Source: Terriglobia bacterium (lineage in GTDB: Bacteria; Acidobacteriota; Terriglobia; 20CM-2-55-15). From it: a stretch of 64,000 bases of DNA. Location: NCBI GenBank assembly GCA_963664115.2, contig CAXWPJ010000002.1, forward strand, positions 288,001-352,000. Reading direction: 5' to 3'. Under the pieces are notes generated by a model that was not told the DNA's origin, ran no database searches, and was given only the letters and a program-made list of their open reading frames with translations. The position numbers were made by a program, and so were the translations under genes. Positions 11,119 through 21,991 of the stretch are shown here, one piece after another (the stretch's first letter is position 1; every line of letters starts with the position of its first letter).

Positions 11119-11212
11119 TGCTAACACCTCCAAAAACATGCGTCCGGTTTGATTCGTCGCGAGTGTCCTGAATCGGAAGGACAAGAATTTATCCGACTTG
11201 ATCTACGGAATG

Positions 11213-11944
11213 CTAAAACACCACGCGCAGAAGGACGGTCATGCCGGATACGAATGACAGTCCCAAGACCATTGGACGAATGGCCCTGTCTGACATCCGG
11301 GTGCGCAGAGGCCCGCCCAGCCAAAATCCCAAGACCATGGGCGGAGCCAGAAAAACGGACAGTACGATTTCCTCTGGTCCAAAGCGGCCGACCAAGGCCA
11401 ACGCCATGAGAGAAACGATGGATCCCACGAGAAAGAAACCCGCCAGAGTTCCACGCAGGCGCGATGCACCGGCGTTTTGGTACAGCAGCGCCAGGGGCGG
11501 TCCGCCAATAGAGGAAATCGTTCCCATCAGACCCGACAATGACCCCGCGATGAGAGCATTCTTCCGGTTCGGGCGCGGCTCGAGACCTGCAGCGCTTAAG
11601 ATCACGGCGAACATGACCAGCACGGCAAAGGCCAGATCGAACGTGGCATCGGAAGCAACAAGCAGAAAGCCTGCAGCACCCACCGTCCCTATCATGCGCC
11701 CGATCAGCGAGTAGGTCAGACCGGACACATCGACGTGCTGGTGGTCCCGGATCAGGATCAGACACGTCAGTACCAATCCACCAGCCATCATGGGTCCGGG
11801 CACGAACGGTCCGTGAATCAGAAGCAAGAGCGGCGCTGAGACCAAGGCGAGTCCAAAGCCCGCCACGGATTGGACCGCGGCTGCTGAAACGGCAATCAGG
11901 AAAACGGCTATGGCTTCGACCGGGCCCAGTGGAAAGGAAAGCAT
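11213..11944 (-). CDS. Sulfite exporter TauE/SafE family membrane protein
   Basis: AVQSVAGFGLALVSAPLL and GLMGTISSIGGPP motifs; about 8 hydrophobic segments. Confidence 0.85.
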   Translation of the reverse strand: MLSFPLGPVEAIAVFLIAVSAAAVQSVAGFGLALVSAPLLLLIHGPFVPGPMMAGGLVLTCLILIRDHQHVDVSGLTYSLIGRMIGTVGAAGFLLVASDATFDLAFAVLVMFAVILSAAGLEPRPNRKNALIAGSLSGLMGTISSIGGPPLALLYQNAGASRLRGTLAGFFLVGSIVSLMALALVGRFGPEEIVLSVFLAPPMVLGFWLGGPLRTRMSDRAIRPMVLGLSFVSGMTVLLRVVF

Positions 11945-12251
11945 TAGAGATAGTTCAGTTCTATACTACGTGGATGTCCGAACTCGGACGTTATCCTGCC
12001 CGATCACTCTTGAAGAGTCCAGTGTCACTGTCGCCCAGATCTGGACAATTTGTCGCAAACCACAGCCCTTGAAGGTCACGCTGACACGAAATTTCATGTG
12101 AAGACCCTCAGCGGCTCCAGTAAGCTATTGCAATCTATGACCCAACTTTGGCACATCATTTGCAGCGACTCAATCTTGAGGTTTTGTGCCAAAGGGTCGC
12201 GCCTTGTTCGCTCAAGGGTCCCCACCTTTTGGAAAAGCAACGGGAGAAGTG

Positions 12252-14597
12252 ATGGCAATCGAACGTCGTGATTTTCTGAAATATGCCGGCGCCGGCATGG
12301 CTTTTCTGCCGGTGGAAACTCTCTGGGAATCGGGCGCGGCGCTCGCGCAAGTCGAAGCGCCGGGATTGGACCCCAGACTGACCTGGTCGAAAGCGCCCTG
12401 CCGGTTTTGTGGCGTCGGTTGCGGGGTCATGGTGGGAACCGAGGACGGAGTCGTCAGAGCTGTTGCCGGAGACGAACTCAGTCCCGTCAACCGCGGTCTC
12501 CTCTGCATTAAGGGCTACAGCCTTCCGGCCATTCTCTACGGTGAAGACCGTCTCCTGTATCCACAGATCCGCACGGCCAACGGACTCCAGAGGGCAAGTT
12601 GGGAGGAGGCGCTCGATCTGATTGCCGCTCGCTACGGGGAAACTCTGGATCAGCATGGACCCGAAGCGATCGCTGTATACGGGTCCGGTCAGTGGACAAT
12701 TTCCGACGGGTATGTCGCCAGCAAGTGGTTCCGCGCAGGCATGGGTTCCAACAATGTGGAGGCCAATGCCCGGCTGTGCATGGGCAGCGCGGTCACCGGC
12801 TTCATGACAAGTTTCGGCATGGATGAGCCCATGGGCAACTTCGACGACCTGGAAGAAGCCGACGTTCTTGTGCTCTGGGGTAACAACATGGCCGAAAACC
12901 ATCCCGTCCTGTTCTCGCGAATTATCGAATCGAAGCGCCTCAGACCGGAAGTGCAGATCATCGACATCGGGACGCGCCGTACTCCGACCACCGACTACGC
13001 CGATGAGTTTGTAGGGATACAACCGAATGGCGATCTGGCGCTGGCCAACGCGATTGCGCAAGTGATCGTCGCATCTGAAAGAGTCGATCGCGATTTCGTG
13101 GATGCCCACACAGTGTTCCGCCGTGGCCGGGAAAATATTGGATACGGCCTCGAAGACGAATTTGTCTTCGATGATCAGGCCGAGGCAATGACGCTTGAGC
13201 AATTCCGGGAATATCTGGAACCCTATGCCCCAGAACAGGCCGCGGCCTCCAGCGGTGTCGCCCCGGACCAGATCCGCCGGATCGCCGAACTCTATGCCGA
13301 ACCCTCCAAGAAGGTCGTCTCGCTCTGGTGCATGGGCATGAACCAGCACGTGCGGGGCACGTGGATCAATAATCTGGTCAACAATCTGCATCTTCTGACC
13401 GGAAAGATATCCAAACCCGGCAACAATCCTTTCTCGTTGACCGGGCAATCGAGCGCTTGCGGCACGGTGAGGGAGGTGGGCACCCTTGCCCACCGCCTGC
13501 CGTCCGATATGGTCGTTACTAATCCGGAACATCGGCAGACCGCTGCAGATATCTGGAACGTGCCCCTCAATCAGATACCGGCGATTCCCGGTCACAATAC
13601 AGTTGAGATGTTCCGCGCCCTGGACCGGGGTGACATCAGGACCCTGTGGATACAGGTGACAAATCCAATGGTGACGATGCCGCACCTGAACCGCTATCGC
13701 AATGCCGCGGAAAAGGGAGACCGATTCATCGTTGTTTCCGATGTCTACCCCACACCCACGACGGATATCGCCGACGTCATCCTGCCTTCGGCCATGTGGG
13801 TCGAACGGAGCGGTATGTTCGGAAACTCCGAACGCCGGACACAGCATTGGTCCCAGGCCGCGACCCCGCCGGGAGAAGCCCGGCCCGATGTCTGGCAACT
13901 GATGGAGGTTGCCCGCCGCATGGGATATGGCAGCCTGTTCGATTACGGTGAGGACTACGAACGAGAGATCTTCGATGAATACCGGCAGTTCACCCTGGGA
14001 CATGGACACGACCTGGCCACCTACGACGATTACGTCGAGAATCGGGGTCTGCGTTGGCCGGTTGTCGACGGCCGGGAAACGGCATACCGCTACGCCGAAG
14101 GTCACGACCCCTACGTACCGACGGGCGAGTCATTCCGTTTTTACGGCAACGACAGCGACGACGCGGGGGACGGACGCGCGGTGATCTGGGCGCGGCCTTA
14201 CGAACCGCCCGCCGAAGTCGTGGATTCGGAGTATCCCTTCTGGCTCTCTACTGGCCGGGTTCTGGAACACTGGCACACGGGCAGCATGACGCGCCGCGTC
14301 GGGCCTCTGCACAGTGCAGTCAGCGCAGCTTATGTCGAATTGAACCCGGGTGACGCGAACACCATGGGGATCCAACAGGGCAACAGCGTCCGACTGGTCA
14401 GCCGGCGCGGTGAAATTGTTCTACCGGCCGAGATCGACGGTCGGGGTCAGCCCTTGCCCGGAATGGTGTTCGTCCCCTTCTTTGACGAAAGCAAGCTCAT
14501 CAATCAATTGACGCTGGACGCGTATTGCCCGATATCGAAACAGCCCGACTATAAGAAGTGCGCTGTGAGGGTCGAAAAAGTGGAGGACCCGGCATGA
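12252..14597 (+). CDS. napA: Periplasmic nitrate reductase catalytic subunit (molybdopterin oxidoreductase)
   Basis: Tat signal ERRDFLK; [4Fe-4S] motif CRFCGVGC...LCIKG; NARLCM; SLTGQ..ACGT.REVG; TGRVLEHWHTGSMTRRV; PDYKKCAV. Confidence 0.9.
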   Translation: MAIERRDFLKYAGAGMAFLPVETLWESGAALAQVEAPGLDPRLTWSKAPCRFCGVGCGVMVGTEDGVVRAVAGDELSPVNRGLLCIKGYSLPAILYGEDRLLYPQIRTANGLQRASWEEALDLIAARYGETLDQHGPEAIAVYGSGQWTISDGYVASKWFRAGMGSNNVEANARLCMGSAVTGFMTSFGMDEPMGNFDDLEEADVLVLWGNNMAENHPVLFSRIIESKRLRPEVQIIDIGTRRTPTTDYADEFVGIQPNGDLALANAIAQVIVASERVDRDFVDAHTVFRRGRENIGYGLEDEFVFDDQAEAMTLEQFREYLEPYAPEQAAASSGVAPDQIRRIAELYAEPSKKVVSLWCMGMNQHVRGTWINNLVNNLHLLTGKISKPGNNPFSLTGQSSACGTVREVGTLAHRLPSDMVVTNPEHRQTAADIWNVPLNQIPAIPGHNTVEMFRALDRGDIRTLWIQVTNPMVTMPHLNRYRNAAEKGDRFIVVSDVYPTPTTDIADVILPSAMWVERSGMFGNSERRTQHWSQAATPPGEARPDVWQLMEVARRMGYGSLFDYGEDYEREIFDEYRQFTLGHGHDLATYDDYVENRGLRWPVVDGRETAYRYAEGHDPYVPTGESFRFYGNDSDDAGDGRAVIWARPYEPPAEVVDSEYPFWLSTGRVLEHWHTGSMTRRVGPLHSAVSAAYVELNPGDANTMGIQQGNSVRLVSRRGEIVLPAEIDGRGQPLPGMVFVPFFDESKLINQLTLDAYCPISKQPDYKKCAVRVEKVEDPA

Positions 14598-15100
14598 TCC
14601 CCCACGGTGTCATTTCAGTTGTAATCGCTTTTCTGACGCTCACCGCATCGGTGACGGCGCAGGAGACCGGAAGCGAAGACACGGCCGAACAGTCCAGCCT
14701 TCGGCCCCGCCGTCTCTACTTTGGAGCGCCTCCGGCCGCGCCGCATGAAACGGGGGGCTTCATGAGCGATTGTCTCAGCTGCCACGGCCCGGGCTCTTTC
14801 GCACCCGAATCACCGCACCCCACACGGATCGCCTGTCGGCAGTGTCACGTCAGCGCAGCAGCTCAATCGCCCCCGTTTCGCTCCAATCGTTTTGTCGGAC
14901 TCCGACGCCCGCTGCCGAGCTCTCGAACCCAGAGCAGCGTACCGCCGGCAATGGCGCATTCAGCCTTATTGCATGAGAACTGTCTTGCCTGCCATGCTCC
15001 GGGAGCGCGCGAGCAGGTCATATCGACGCCACACCCGGAGCGCAGCATGTGCCAACAGTGTCATCTGCCCCAAAGGGCAAGGACTCCGGCAGTCAGGTAG
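14594..15100 (+). CDS. napB: NapB-like cytochrome c with four CxxCH motifs
   Basis: ATGA overlap with napA; signal peptide; GAPP..PH, CLSCH, CRQCH, CLACH, CQQCH. Confidence 0.75.
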   Translation: MIPHGVISVVIAFLTLTASVTAQETGSEDTAEQSSLRPRRLYFGAPPAAPHETGGFMSDCLSCHGPGSFAPESPHPTRIACRQCHVSAAAQSPPFRSNRFVGLRRPLPSSRTQSSVPPAMAHSALLHENCLACHAPGAREQVISTPHPERSMCQQCHLPQRARTPAVR

Positions 15101-15380
15101 TGCGTCGGTTTCAGAACGCAGGTGAATTTTGAGCCGGCCAATCTCTGCGATGGCCGGATAGGGATCTACCGGTGCATAGGCTGAGGTGGTCCGTTTGAAC
15201 ATAAGAACGACTTGACCGTCACAGAAGATTTCGCTCCCTCGTTCATTCGGACATCCTGTCCGAACGAGGGGCGACGCTCGCGATCATCATGATCGCAAGC
15301 CTTATTGGGACAAGACAGACCGCGCCAAACCCCCATTCCCTTTGATCTTCTGTGCCACGTCCTATAACATTTGCGGCACT

Positions 15381-15641
15381 ATGGGTAAGACGAAAAAGCT
15401 CGTGATCGCGGTGGTCGCTACAGCTGCGGGCGCTGCGGGCGCTGGCGTATTGCTTCACAAATCGGTCCGCAGGAAAAAGGCCGGAAAGGCCGGGACGGGG
15501 CTTTACCGTGGGAGCCATAATTCAAAGACGCTCCACCAGACCGGGTGTCGATATTACGATTCGAAAAAATTGACGCTCGTGTTCGGGGACCTGCCTGAAG
15601 CGTTCGCCGCAGGGTATCGGCCTTGTAAGATCTGTATTTAG
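15381..15641 (+). CDS. Small protein with N-terminal anchor and Ada metal-binding-like domain
   Basis: G..NSK.LH..GC...F....EA.AAGYRPCKIC pattern. Confidence 0.7.
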   Translation: MGKTKKLVIAVVATAAGAAGAGVLLHKSVRRKKAGKAGTGLYRGSHNSKTLHQTGCRYYDSKKLTLVFGDLPEAFAAGYRPCKICI

Positions 15642-15743
15642 TGGACGGACACTTCAATCGACATGTGGCAGGCTGGCCCGGATCGGGAAGGGGACGGGCC
15701 ACTTCCTTGGACCGTTACCTCCAGGCAACAAACATGAGCTCTT

Positions 15744-17012
15744 TCAACGCACGAACCCGAACATGAGCTCTGAACGGCCACCAAGCTCATCGTGTGCCGC
15801 GCCGTCCTCGCGCGCTTGAACCTCGTTCCACACCAGTGCAAAGCCGTCGTCCCAACTACGGATCGCGGGTATCAGAGAAGAGGGTTCACTGTCGGTCAGT
15901 CTTTGGGCCGATCCCAAGCTCAGGCCTCGGGCATCGAAGGATTGAAAGTAAATTTCGTGCTGACCCACCGTGTCATCATTCCAGGCAAGGCCAAAGCGGG
16001 GGGCGTTCCAGGTCACGTACGCACCTATGGACTCACCCGGCGTGGTCGTAATTCGCTTCGCATTGCCCTCGAGATTTTCTTTAAGTAAATCGAATGAACC
16101 CACTGACATATATACCTCTTCGTTTCCATCCTTGCGGTCCCACCACGTGAGCGCGACCGTCTCCTCGCCGAAAGCCAAATCCGGATATTTCGAATCGAAG
16201 CCGTCGTCCATGGTCAGTTGGACGGGTGCGCTGCCCTCGACTCCGGCCTCCACAAGGAACAGTTCTTCGGCACCCGTTCCCACCTGCGCGTCGAAAACAA
16301 CCCACGGCTCTCCATCGGGTCCGAGAGTTGCGTTTAAATTCCACGTTCTCGCACTGGCCGTCCCGAGACGCCAGGGCTCGGAGACCCGCCCGCCATCGAT
16401 GTCATACCATTCGGCCCAGACTTCCAGGTTCCCCCCCCTGTCGTCCTCAAGCCAGGCGCAGAAGATTTCCGTACCGCGAGTCACGACAACCGGTATACGC
16501 CCGTTGCGCCCCGCGGTGGAAAGAGTCCGGACCCAACGCTCGGAACCGTCCCGATTCCAAAGACCCAACTTGGCTTCGTAGTTGGCCAGATTCGTTCGGT
16601 CGTACCAGACGAGCGCCACCCCATCACCGACTGCAACGACGTCGGCTTCATACGATGATTCAACATTTTCTGTCAGGCGGCGTTCAGGGCCCCGGGGCGT
16701 ACCGTCGGGATTTAGATAGCGGAGATAGATTTCCGCCTGACCGTCTCGCGTGTCATACCATGCCGCTGCAAAGCCGTCGGCCAGAGGTGTCAGGCTGGAC
16801 TCGTATGCTCCGAAACCGCTGTCGGTTATTTGAATGATTCGAGCGACCCCGCTGGCGGCAATCTGGGCGCCTGCGGCTGGTAGTTTATTGAAAACACCAC
16901 CGACCCCACTGACCAGGACAAACAGGATGGCGACAACAAGCGACGGTCGGAGGCGGGAAACAAAAAGGGAGTGGATTCGGTTCAGGTCAGCCACGGCTCC
17001 GACAATAGCCAC
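15744..17012 (-). CDS. Hypothetical secreted repeat (beta-propeller-like) protein; start uncertain
   Basis: Recurring W.D.RDG..EIY and RLT repeats; follows the CobN-like gene. Confidence 0.6.
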   Translation of the reverse strand: MAIVGAVADLNRIHSLFVSRLRPSLVVAILFVLVSGVGGVFNKLPAAGAQIAASGVARIIQITDSGFGAYESSLTPLADGFAAAWYDTRDGQAEIYLRYLNPDGTPRGPERRLTENVESSYEADVVAVGDGVALVWYDRTNLANYEAKLGLWNRDGSERWVRTLSTAGRNGRIPVVVTRGTEIFCAWLEDDRGGNLEVWAEWYDIDGGRVSEPWRLGTASARTWNLNATLGPDGEPWVVFDAQVGTGAEELFLVEAGVEGSAPVQLTMDDGFDSKYPDLAFGEETVALTWWDRKDGNEEVYMSVGSFDLLKENLEGNAKRITTTPGESIGAYVTWNAPRFGLAWNDDTVGQHEIYFQSFDARGLSLGSAQRLTDSEPSSLIPAIRSWDDGFALVWNEVQAREDGAAHDELGGRSELMFGFVR

Positions 17013-17016
17013 GATG

Positions 17017-20000
17017 TTACGAGAGGCCGCGGCGCCAGCGCCACGCGAACAGCAAACCCAGGAGAGGAAGCCCGACCCACAAGCCATCCCAATCGCCGTT
17101 GCTCAAGCCACTTGGGACAGTCTGTGGTACGGGTTGGGAGGACCGAGTTTCGTGCATCATGAAGCCTTCGACCTGTGGAACAGAAGAAATCTCTTCGGGG
17201 ACAGCACTATCTTCAAACAGGGCCTCGTTACGTCGAACAAAATCCACGGCCGCCATCGCAGCACTCGTGATCTGGACGCCAATCGCCTGTTCCATGGCTT
17301 CCTGAAAACCTTCAATTGCTGGGACCGGAATACCCAACTCTAGCGCGCGGTCGAGGACATACTGAGAAAGCCGCGGGTTGCCACAGGTGTGTGCGGCGCA
17401 TCCCACTCCGTGACGGTTCACGCTGTCGATGTATTCTTCAAGAAGCCGGGTTTCGGTTTCGATGTCGGCATCCCAGTAGTCCTTCCGGACCGTCTCAATC
17501 ATGCGTGCCGTCAGATCCTGATATGCAAAGGGTGAGTGCTCTTCAAAAAAATCTGCCATACCGAGCGCATGTTTGTCTTCGACATAGACCTCGAAGGACT
17601 CCTGCCACATAGGATCGTCGATGACATCCCGCGCCGTCGCCTCCCAACCCCACAGGTACTCGACGAACGCCCGCATCTCGCCGGCGCCGGCGTAGCCTTC
17701 CTTCTTCATGCCTTCGATCCACGTCGGGTTCACATAGCGGGAGCGAAACTCCGTACCAATGAATTCATCGATCGATGTCATTTCGGCCTTGCCGGGATCG
17801 CGTGTATTCGTCACGACCATTTCCGGCGTCGCTCCGTCGATATTCCGCACGGCCGCTGCCAGTCCGCCCATGTACATATAAAAGTCGTCGTTGTCCAACG
17901 CGCCGTAGAGCATCGTCGAACTGCTATGGACGACCTTTTCCGTGCCCGACAGCGCGAGCCGGAATACGTCTTCCATCGGCTCGCCCCAGAAGCCATTGCC
18001 AAAACCGTGACCCATTTTCATCAGGTACTCATCGGTCATGGCCCGGTCGGAATCCCAGGTTCCACTCGCAGCGATAATGTTGGAGGTATTGAGTTCAAAT
18101 GTGCCCGGAGGCTCGTCAAAGATACGGACACCTGCAAGCCGGTCGGCATCTTCCTCGGAGTATCCGCTCTCCATGAGCACCGATTTGGTTTCAAGGTAGT
18201 GATCACGGACGTAATTCTCGGCTTCTTCGATCACTTTGACCCGCTGCACCGCCTCGTCCATCAAAAGGGTGACGTTGTTGAACATACCCTCAGCCGCCGA
18301 CGCGATCACAATGTCCACCCTCGGCCGGCCGAGTCGGGCACTCGGAACCACGTCCACACCGACGACATTGCCGCGAACATCCCACACCGGCCGTGTACCG
18401 AGCAGATGAAAAATCTGCGACTCTAAGATGCCCTCGTGGCGCATGGTCTCGTCGCCCCATATGACAAACGAAACCTTCCGCGGATAGCGTCCATTCTTTT
18501 CCAGGTGATCCGCCAGCATCTGGTCGGCCAGCGCGACGCCCAGATTCCAGGCCGCCTCCTTCGGAATTTTATCCGGATCCACACCGTAGAAATTTTTTCC
18601 CGTCGGATAGGAATCAGGATTACGAATCGGTTCTCCACCCGCACCCGTGGGCACGAATCCTCCACTTAATGCCCCGAAGAGGCTCGCCAGTTCCCGTGGT
18701 CCTGAGGTCACGATGCGTTCTTCCATGTCCGCAGTCAGGACTTCAGCGTCGTTGGGCAAGAGGCTCCGATCAACGGAAACAATTGCATCGATCGTGCTGT
18801 CTCTGAGCGGCTTTTCCGGAACCCTGCCGAAGGCATGCAATCCGAAAGGAATGTTCTGGCTCCTGAGATCCACCATGTGAGCTTGAATCTCGTGGACCAT
18901 GGCGTCGTCGAGCGCACTGGCATCGGGCAGGTCGAGTCCAAGATCCTTGGCGATTCCAAGATCGATAACCTGCAGACGAATTTGGTCGGCGAAAGCGCGC
19001 GACAACTCCGGATTCTTGTGCAGGTTGTTGTCGTAGTCGTTGATGCTCTCGCTGAGAGCAGCCAGTTCGGGGTAGAGACCACCTCTCGTAAACGGCGGTA
19101 CCATGTGATCGATCAAGGTCGCCATGCCTCTTCGGCGGGCCACGAGACCTTCACCCACGACGTCCACGTTGTAAATGTAGAGATTGGGCAAATCGGCCAT
19201 CAGGGCATCGGAGGCGTCTTCCGCCGAAAGCCCCATGTCCTTCCCGTCGAGCCACTCCAGGGTGCCGTGCGTTCCCATATGCACGACGGCATCGGCACCA
19301 TAACCGTTTCGCAGCCACGCATAGGTCGCGACGTACTGATGATGGGGCGACAGGTCCTTCGCGTGGTAGAGCTTCTCATCGTCTTCACCTTTGCCACGCG
19401 CAGGTTGTGGCATCACGATGACGTTTCCGTATTGGACGGCCGGGATGACGAGGCTCGGACCATCCGGACCGTTCGTCGCCATCAGCGTCGTGTCGGCTGG
19501 ATTCCCCCAGTCGGCAATGACTTTGTCCCTGAACCCCGGTGCGTAGCCGTCCAACCAACGTTGATAGTCCGCTATGGGTGTCAGTATCGCCGTACCTTCA
19601 GCCAATAAGGCCTGCAGTTCTCCGGGCGCATAGCCGCCTACGTTTCGGGCCTTTGTCGTGATGTCTCGGAGCACTCTCTCCGGAGACAAATCGGCCAAAC
19701 CCAGATCATAGCCTTCGTCTCTCATGCCCTGAAGGACGTTGGACAAAGACTCGGCCACGTTCAAATAGCTGGCGCCAATGGAGGCCTTACCGGGAGGGTA
19801 GTTGTAGAACATCAACGCCACGCGCTTGTCGGCATTCGCTTTTACTCTGAGCGTTCCATAGCGCAGGGCACGCGCGACGGCGACCGTCACCCGAGAAGCG
19901 ATCGGGTGCCGTGTGACGATGGTCAGTCCAGTCTCTTCGTCGACACGCTTTTCGTGACTTCCGACAACTGTAGGTGCAACGGTTCCAGCGATTTCAGGAA

Positions 20001-20964
20001 CAGACACCTGGAATGTTCCTTCAAAAATCGATAGCCCCGTTTTGGACTCGCGCCATTCCACTTCGGTCCGTCCATAGAGGCTGATCATGCTGACGACCGG
20101 AATATCAAGCCGCTCTAAGGCTTTTGCGGCTTCGAAATCGGCGAAGCGGAAGAGAAATGCAAGAGAGGTGTCCGCCCTTCTCTGACCGTCAGGGTCCAAC
20201 AACAAACCCTCGAAAGCGGGGCCAGCGGGATAGCCGAATATAGGTATGGCTTCCCCGCCCTGCCGTTCGATTTCTGAGATCACGGCGTTGAGCAGCTCTG
20301 TGTCTCCACCGTAGTAGTCGGCCTTGTAGAACCCGACCGCAACCCGAAGAGCGCCGGGCTTCTTTTTACCGTTGTCGGTCCGCCAGCGGTCAAACTCTTC
20401 CCAGGTCGCAAAGACGCGGCCGCTCGGCCCGTCCGGGTAGTAATAGCCAGAATTCAGGGCCGGTTGCGGTTCGGGAACAACGAGGTCGGTGATGCCCGCG
20501 TAAACAAGGGCTTGCTTGATCAGGCCCAGTTGATTGCTGAAGCCGGAACCCGTCCAGAACGCATGCGCGCGCTCGTCCCAGACCGCGCCCTGGTCGGTGT
20601 AGTTTTCTGTAGGAAGGACTCCTACCCCGACGGTCAGCACGGTGCCGCGGGCAGCGATGTCTCGAATGAGATCGATGTCATTCGCCGTATTGAAACGGTC
20701 GAGCATTTCCTGGTTCATCACGTCCATGACAAGAACGTCGGTATCCAACAAGTCCTGAGGATTGGCTTCGTCGAAAACGGACTCCGTAAGGAAGTTGATC
20801 GAAACCTGGCCTCGCAAATCCGGCCGCTCTTCCAACAGCGCCTTAAACGCCAGGATCGTTCCGGGAATGTTGCCGTCGGAAAAGACATAGGTCACCTGTT
20901 GGGCCCAGACCGGAACCGACAGCAGTCCCGACAGTAGCGCCAGCTTAAAAACCCGTCGAATCAT
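17017..20964 (-). CDS. CobN/Mg-chelatase-like protein, exported with C-terminal membrane anchor (HmuS/BtuS-like)
   Basis: YNYPPGK, PHHQY.A.Y.WL, HMGTHGTLEWL, PTGKNFY, LGRPRVD, NPTWIEGMKKEGYAGA; signal peptide and C-terminal TM followed by RWRR. Confidence 0.9.
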   Translation of the reverse strand: MIRRVFKLALLSGLLSVPVWAQQVTYVFSDGNIPGTILAFKALLEERPDLRGQVSINFLTESVFDEANPQDLLDTDVLVMDVMNQEMLDRFNTANDIDLIRDIAARGTVLTVGVGVLPTENYTDQGAVWDERAHAFWTGSGFSNQLGLIKQALVYAGITDLVVPEPQPALNSGYYYPDGPSGRVFATWEEFDRWRTDNGKKKPGALRVAVGFYKADYYGGDTELLNAVISEIERQGGEAIPIFGYPAGPAFEGLLLDPDGQRRADTSLAFLFRFADFEAAKALERLDIPVVSMISLYGRTEVEWRESKTGLSIFEGTFQVSVPEIAGTVAPTVVGSHEKRVDEETGLTIVTRHPIASRVTVAVARALRYGTLRVKANADKRVALMFYNYPPGKASIGASYLNVAESLSNVLQGMRDEGYDLGLADLSPERVLRDITTKARNVGGYAPGELQALLAEGTAILTPIADYQRWLDGYAPGFRDKVIADWGNPADTTLMATNGPDGPSLVIPAVQYGNVIVMPQPARGKGEDDEKLYHAKDLSPHHQYVATYAWLRNGYGADAVVHMGTHGTLEWLDGKDMGLSAEDASDALMADLPNLYIYNVDVVGEGLVARRRGMATLIDHMVPPFTRGGLYPELAALSESINDYDNNLHKNPELSRAFADQIRLQVIDLGIAKDLGLDLPDASALDDAMVHEIQAHMVDLRSQNIPFGLHAFGRVPEKPLRDSTIDAIVSVDRSLLPNDAEVLTADMEERIVTSGPRELASLFGALSGGFVPTGAGGEPIRNPDSYPTGKNFYGVDPDKIPKEAAWNLGVALADQMLADHLEKNGRYPRKVSFVIWGDETMRHEGILESQIFHLLGTRPVWDVRGNVVGVDVVPSARLGRPRVDIVIASAAEGMFNNVTLLMDEAVQRVKVIEEAENYVRDHYLETKSVLMESGYSEEDADRLAGVRIFDEPPGTFELNTSNIIAASGTWDSDRAMTDEYLMKMGHGFGNGFWGEPMEDVFRLALSGTEKVVHSSSTMLYGALDNDDFYMYMGGLAAAVRNIDGATPEMVVTNTRDPGKAEMTSIDEFIGTEFRSRYVNPTWIEGMKKEGYAGAGEMRAFVEYLWGWEATARDVIDDPMWQESFEVYVEDKHALGMADFFEEHSPFAYQDLTARMIETVRKDYWDADIETETRLLEEYIDSVNRHGVGCAAHTCGNPRLSQYVLDRALELGIPVPAIEGFQEAMEQAIGVQITSAAMAAVDFVRRNEALFEDSAVPEEISSVPQVEGFMMHETRSSQPVPQTVPSGLSNGDWDGLWVGLPLLGLLFAWRWRRGLS

Positions 20965-21320
20965 TCCTGTCCCTGCCCCCCTACCTCATCGTCCGGCACG
21001 TAGATGACCTGACCATTCGCCAATCGATACGCTGTACCGAGACGCTCTCCGTCGCCACCCATGGTCTCGCCGGTCAGTTCGTAAGCATCGATTTCCGTGC
21101 CCCGCTTGACAATGATCTCTCGTAGTCCCTGGGCATCCGTTTTGACTATCGTCACTTCGGTGTTGGGATCGACCAGATCGCCCATGCGGTAGACAGAAAA
21201 CAGCGTGATCATCAACCCGACGATAAAAACCACCGACACGTCGAAGATGTTCGCCACGCCTGAGAGCGGATCCTCGTCCGGAATTTCGTCGGGCGAAGGC
21301 AAATGTAAAAAACGACCCAT
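20961..21320 (-). CDS. DUF2149 protein (HmuV-like)
   Basis: DPLSGVANIFDVSVVF and G.RLGTAYRLANGQVIYVP motifs. Confidence 0.85.
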   Translation of the reverse strand: MGRFLHLPSPDEIPDEDPLSGVANIFDVSVVFIVGLMITLFSVYRMGDLVDPNTEVTIVKTDAQGLREIIVKRGTEIDAYELTGETMGGDGERLGTAYRLANGQVIYVPDDEVGGQGQE

Positions 21321-21361
21321 AAGTCTTGTTCCTTTCTAGATGCTGCTCTTCACCAACGGCT

Positions 21362-21991
21362 TTACCGCACCGGTGAACGTTCCAGTTCCGCGGCGACTCT
21401 TTCCGCAAGGAACCGTTGTTCGCGTACTGTCTCGTTAACCCAGCCATGACGCACGACCTGCACGACGTAGGCGATGGTACCGGCAGAAAGCCCAATGATC
21501 GTTGTCGTGAAAGCGACTACCATCTGCCCCGCCATGGCCTCAATGTTGCCGGCCGTCAACGATGCTAATGCGGTACCCATCGGTATGAGCGTCCCCAACA
21601 ATCCCAGACTCGGACCCACCTTCACGAGCATTCTGGACGGTCCAAGCGTCTGCCGCACTCGATGTTCGCGCTCCAGAACAACGTGCTCCAAACCGCCGTC
21701 ATTCAGCGCGTCCTTGTCCGTCTCATCTTCTATGTTGACCAGCAAGGATCGCAGCGGCGCAGGTAGTTCTGCCTGGCGGCCTTCGGCCGCATTGAGAATC
21801 GGACCCGCCTGAAGCCAGGTATTCAAATCAAAGTGGTATCGTTCGCGGCGGCGCGCCAGAAACTCGACGACGCAGCCTGCAGCCATTCCCAGAGCTGCCG
21901 CCACGCAGATCCAGAGGAGCGTAATCACAGGTAGTCGCAGAACCTGGCTCAGAGCGAAGAGCCCGTTTTCGAGCGTGGAAAGAACGTTCAT
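21362..21991 (-). CDS. MotA/TolQ/ExbB proton channel family protein (HmuU-like)
   Basis: GPSLGLLGTLIPMG and VVAFTTTIIGL motifs; ATGA coupling with the upstream gene. Confidence 0.9.
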   Translation of the reverse strand: MNVLSTLENGLFALSQVLRLPVITLLWICVAAALGMAAGCVVEFLARRRERYHFDLNTWLQAGPILNAAEGRQAELPAPLRSLLVNIEDETDKDALNDGGLEHVVLEREHRVRQTLGPSRMLVKVGPSLGLLGTLIPMGTALASLTAGNIEAMAGQMVVAFTTTIIGLSAGTIAYVVQVVRHGWVNETVREQRFLAERVAAELERSPVR

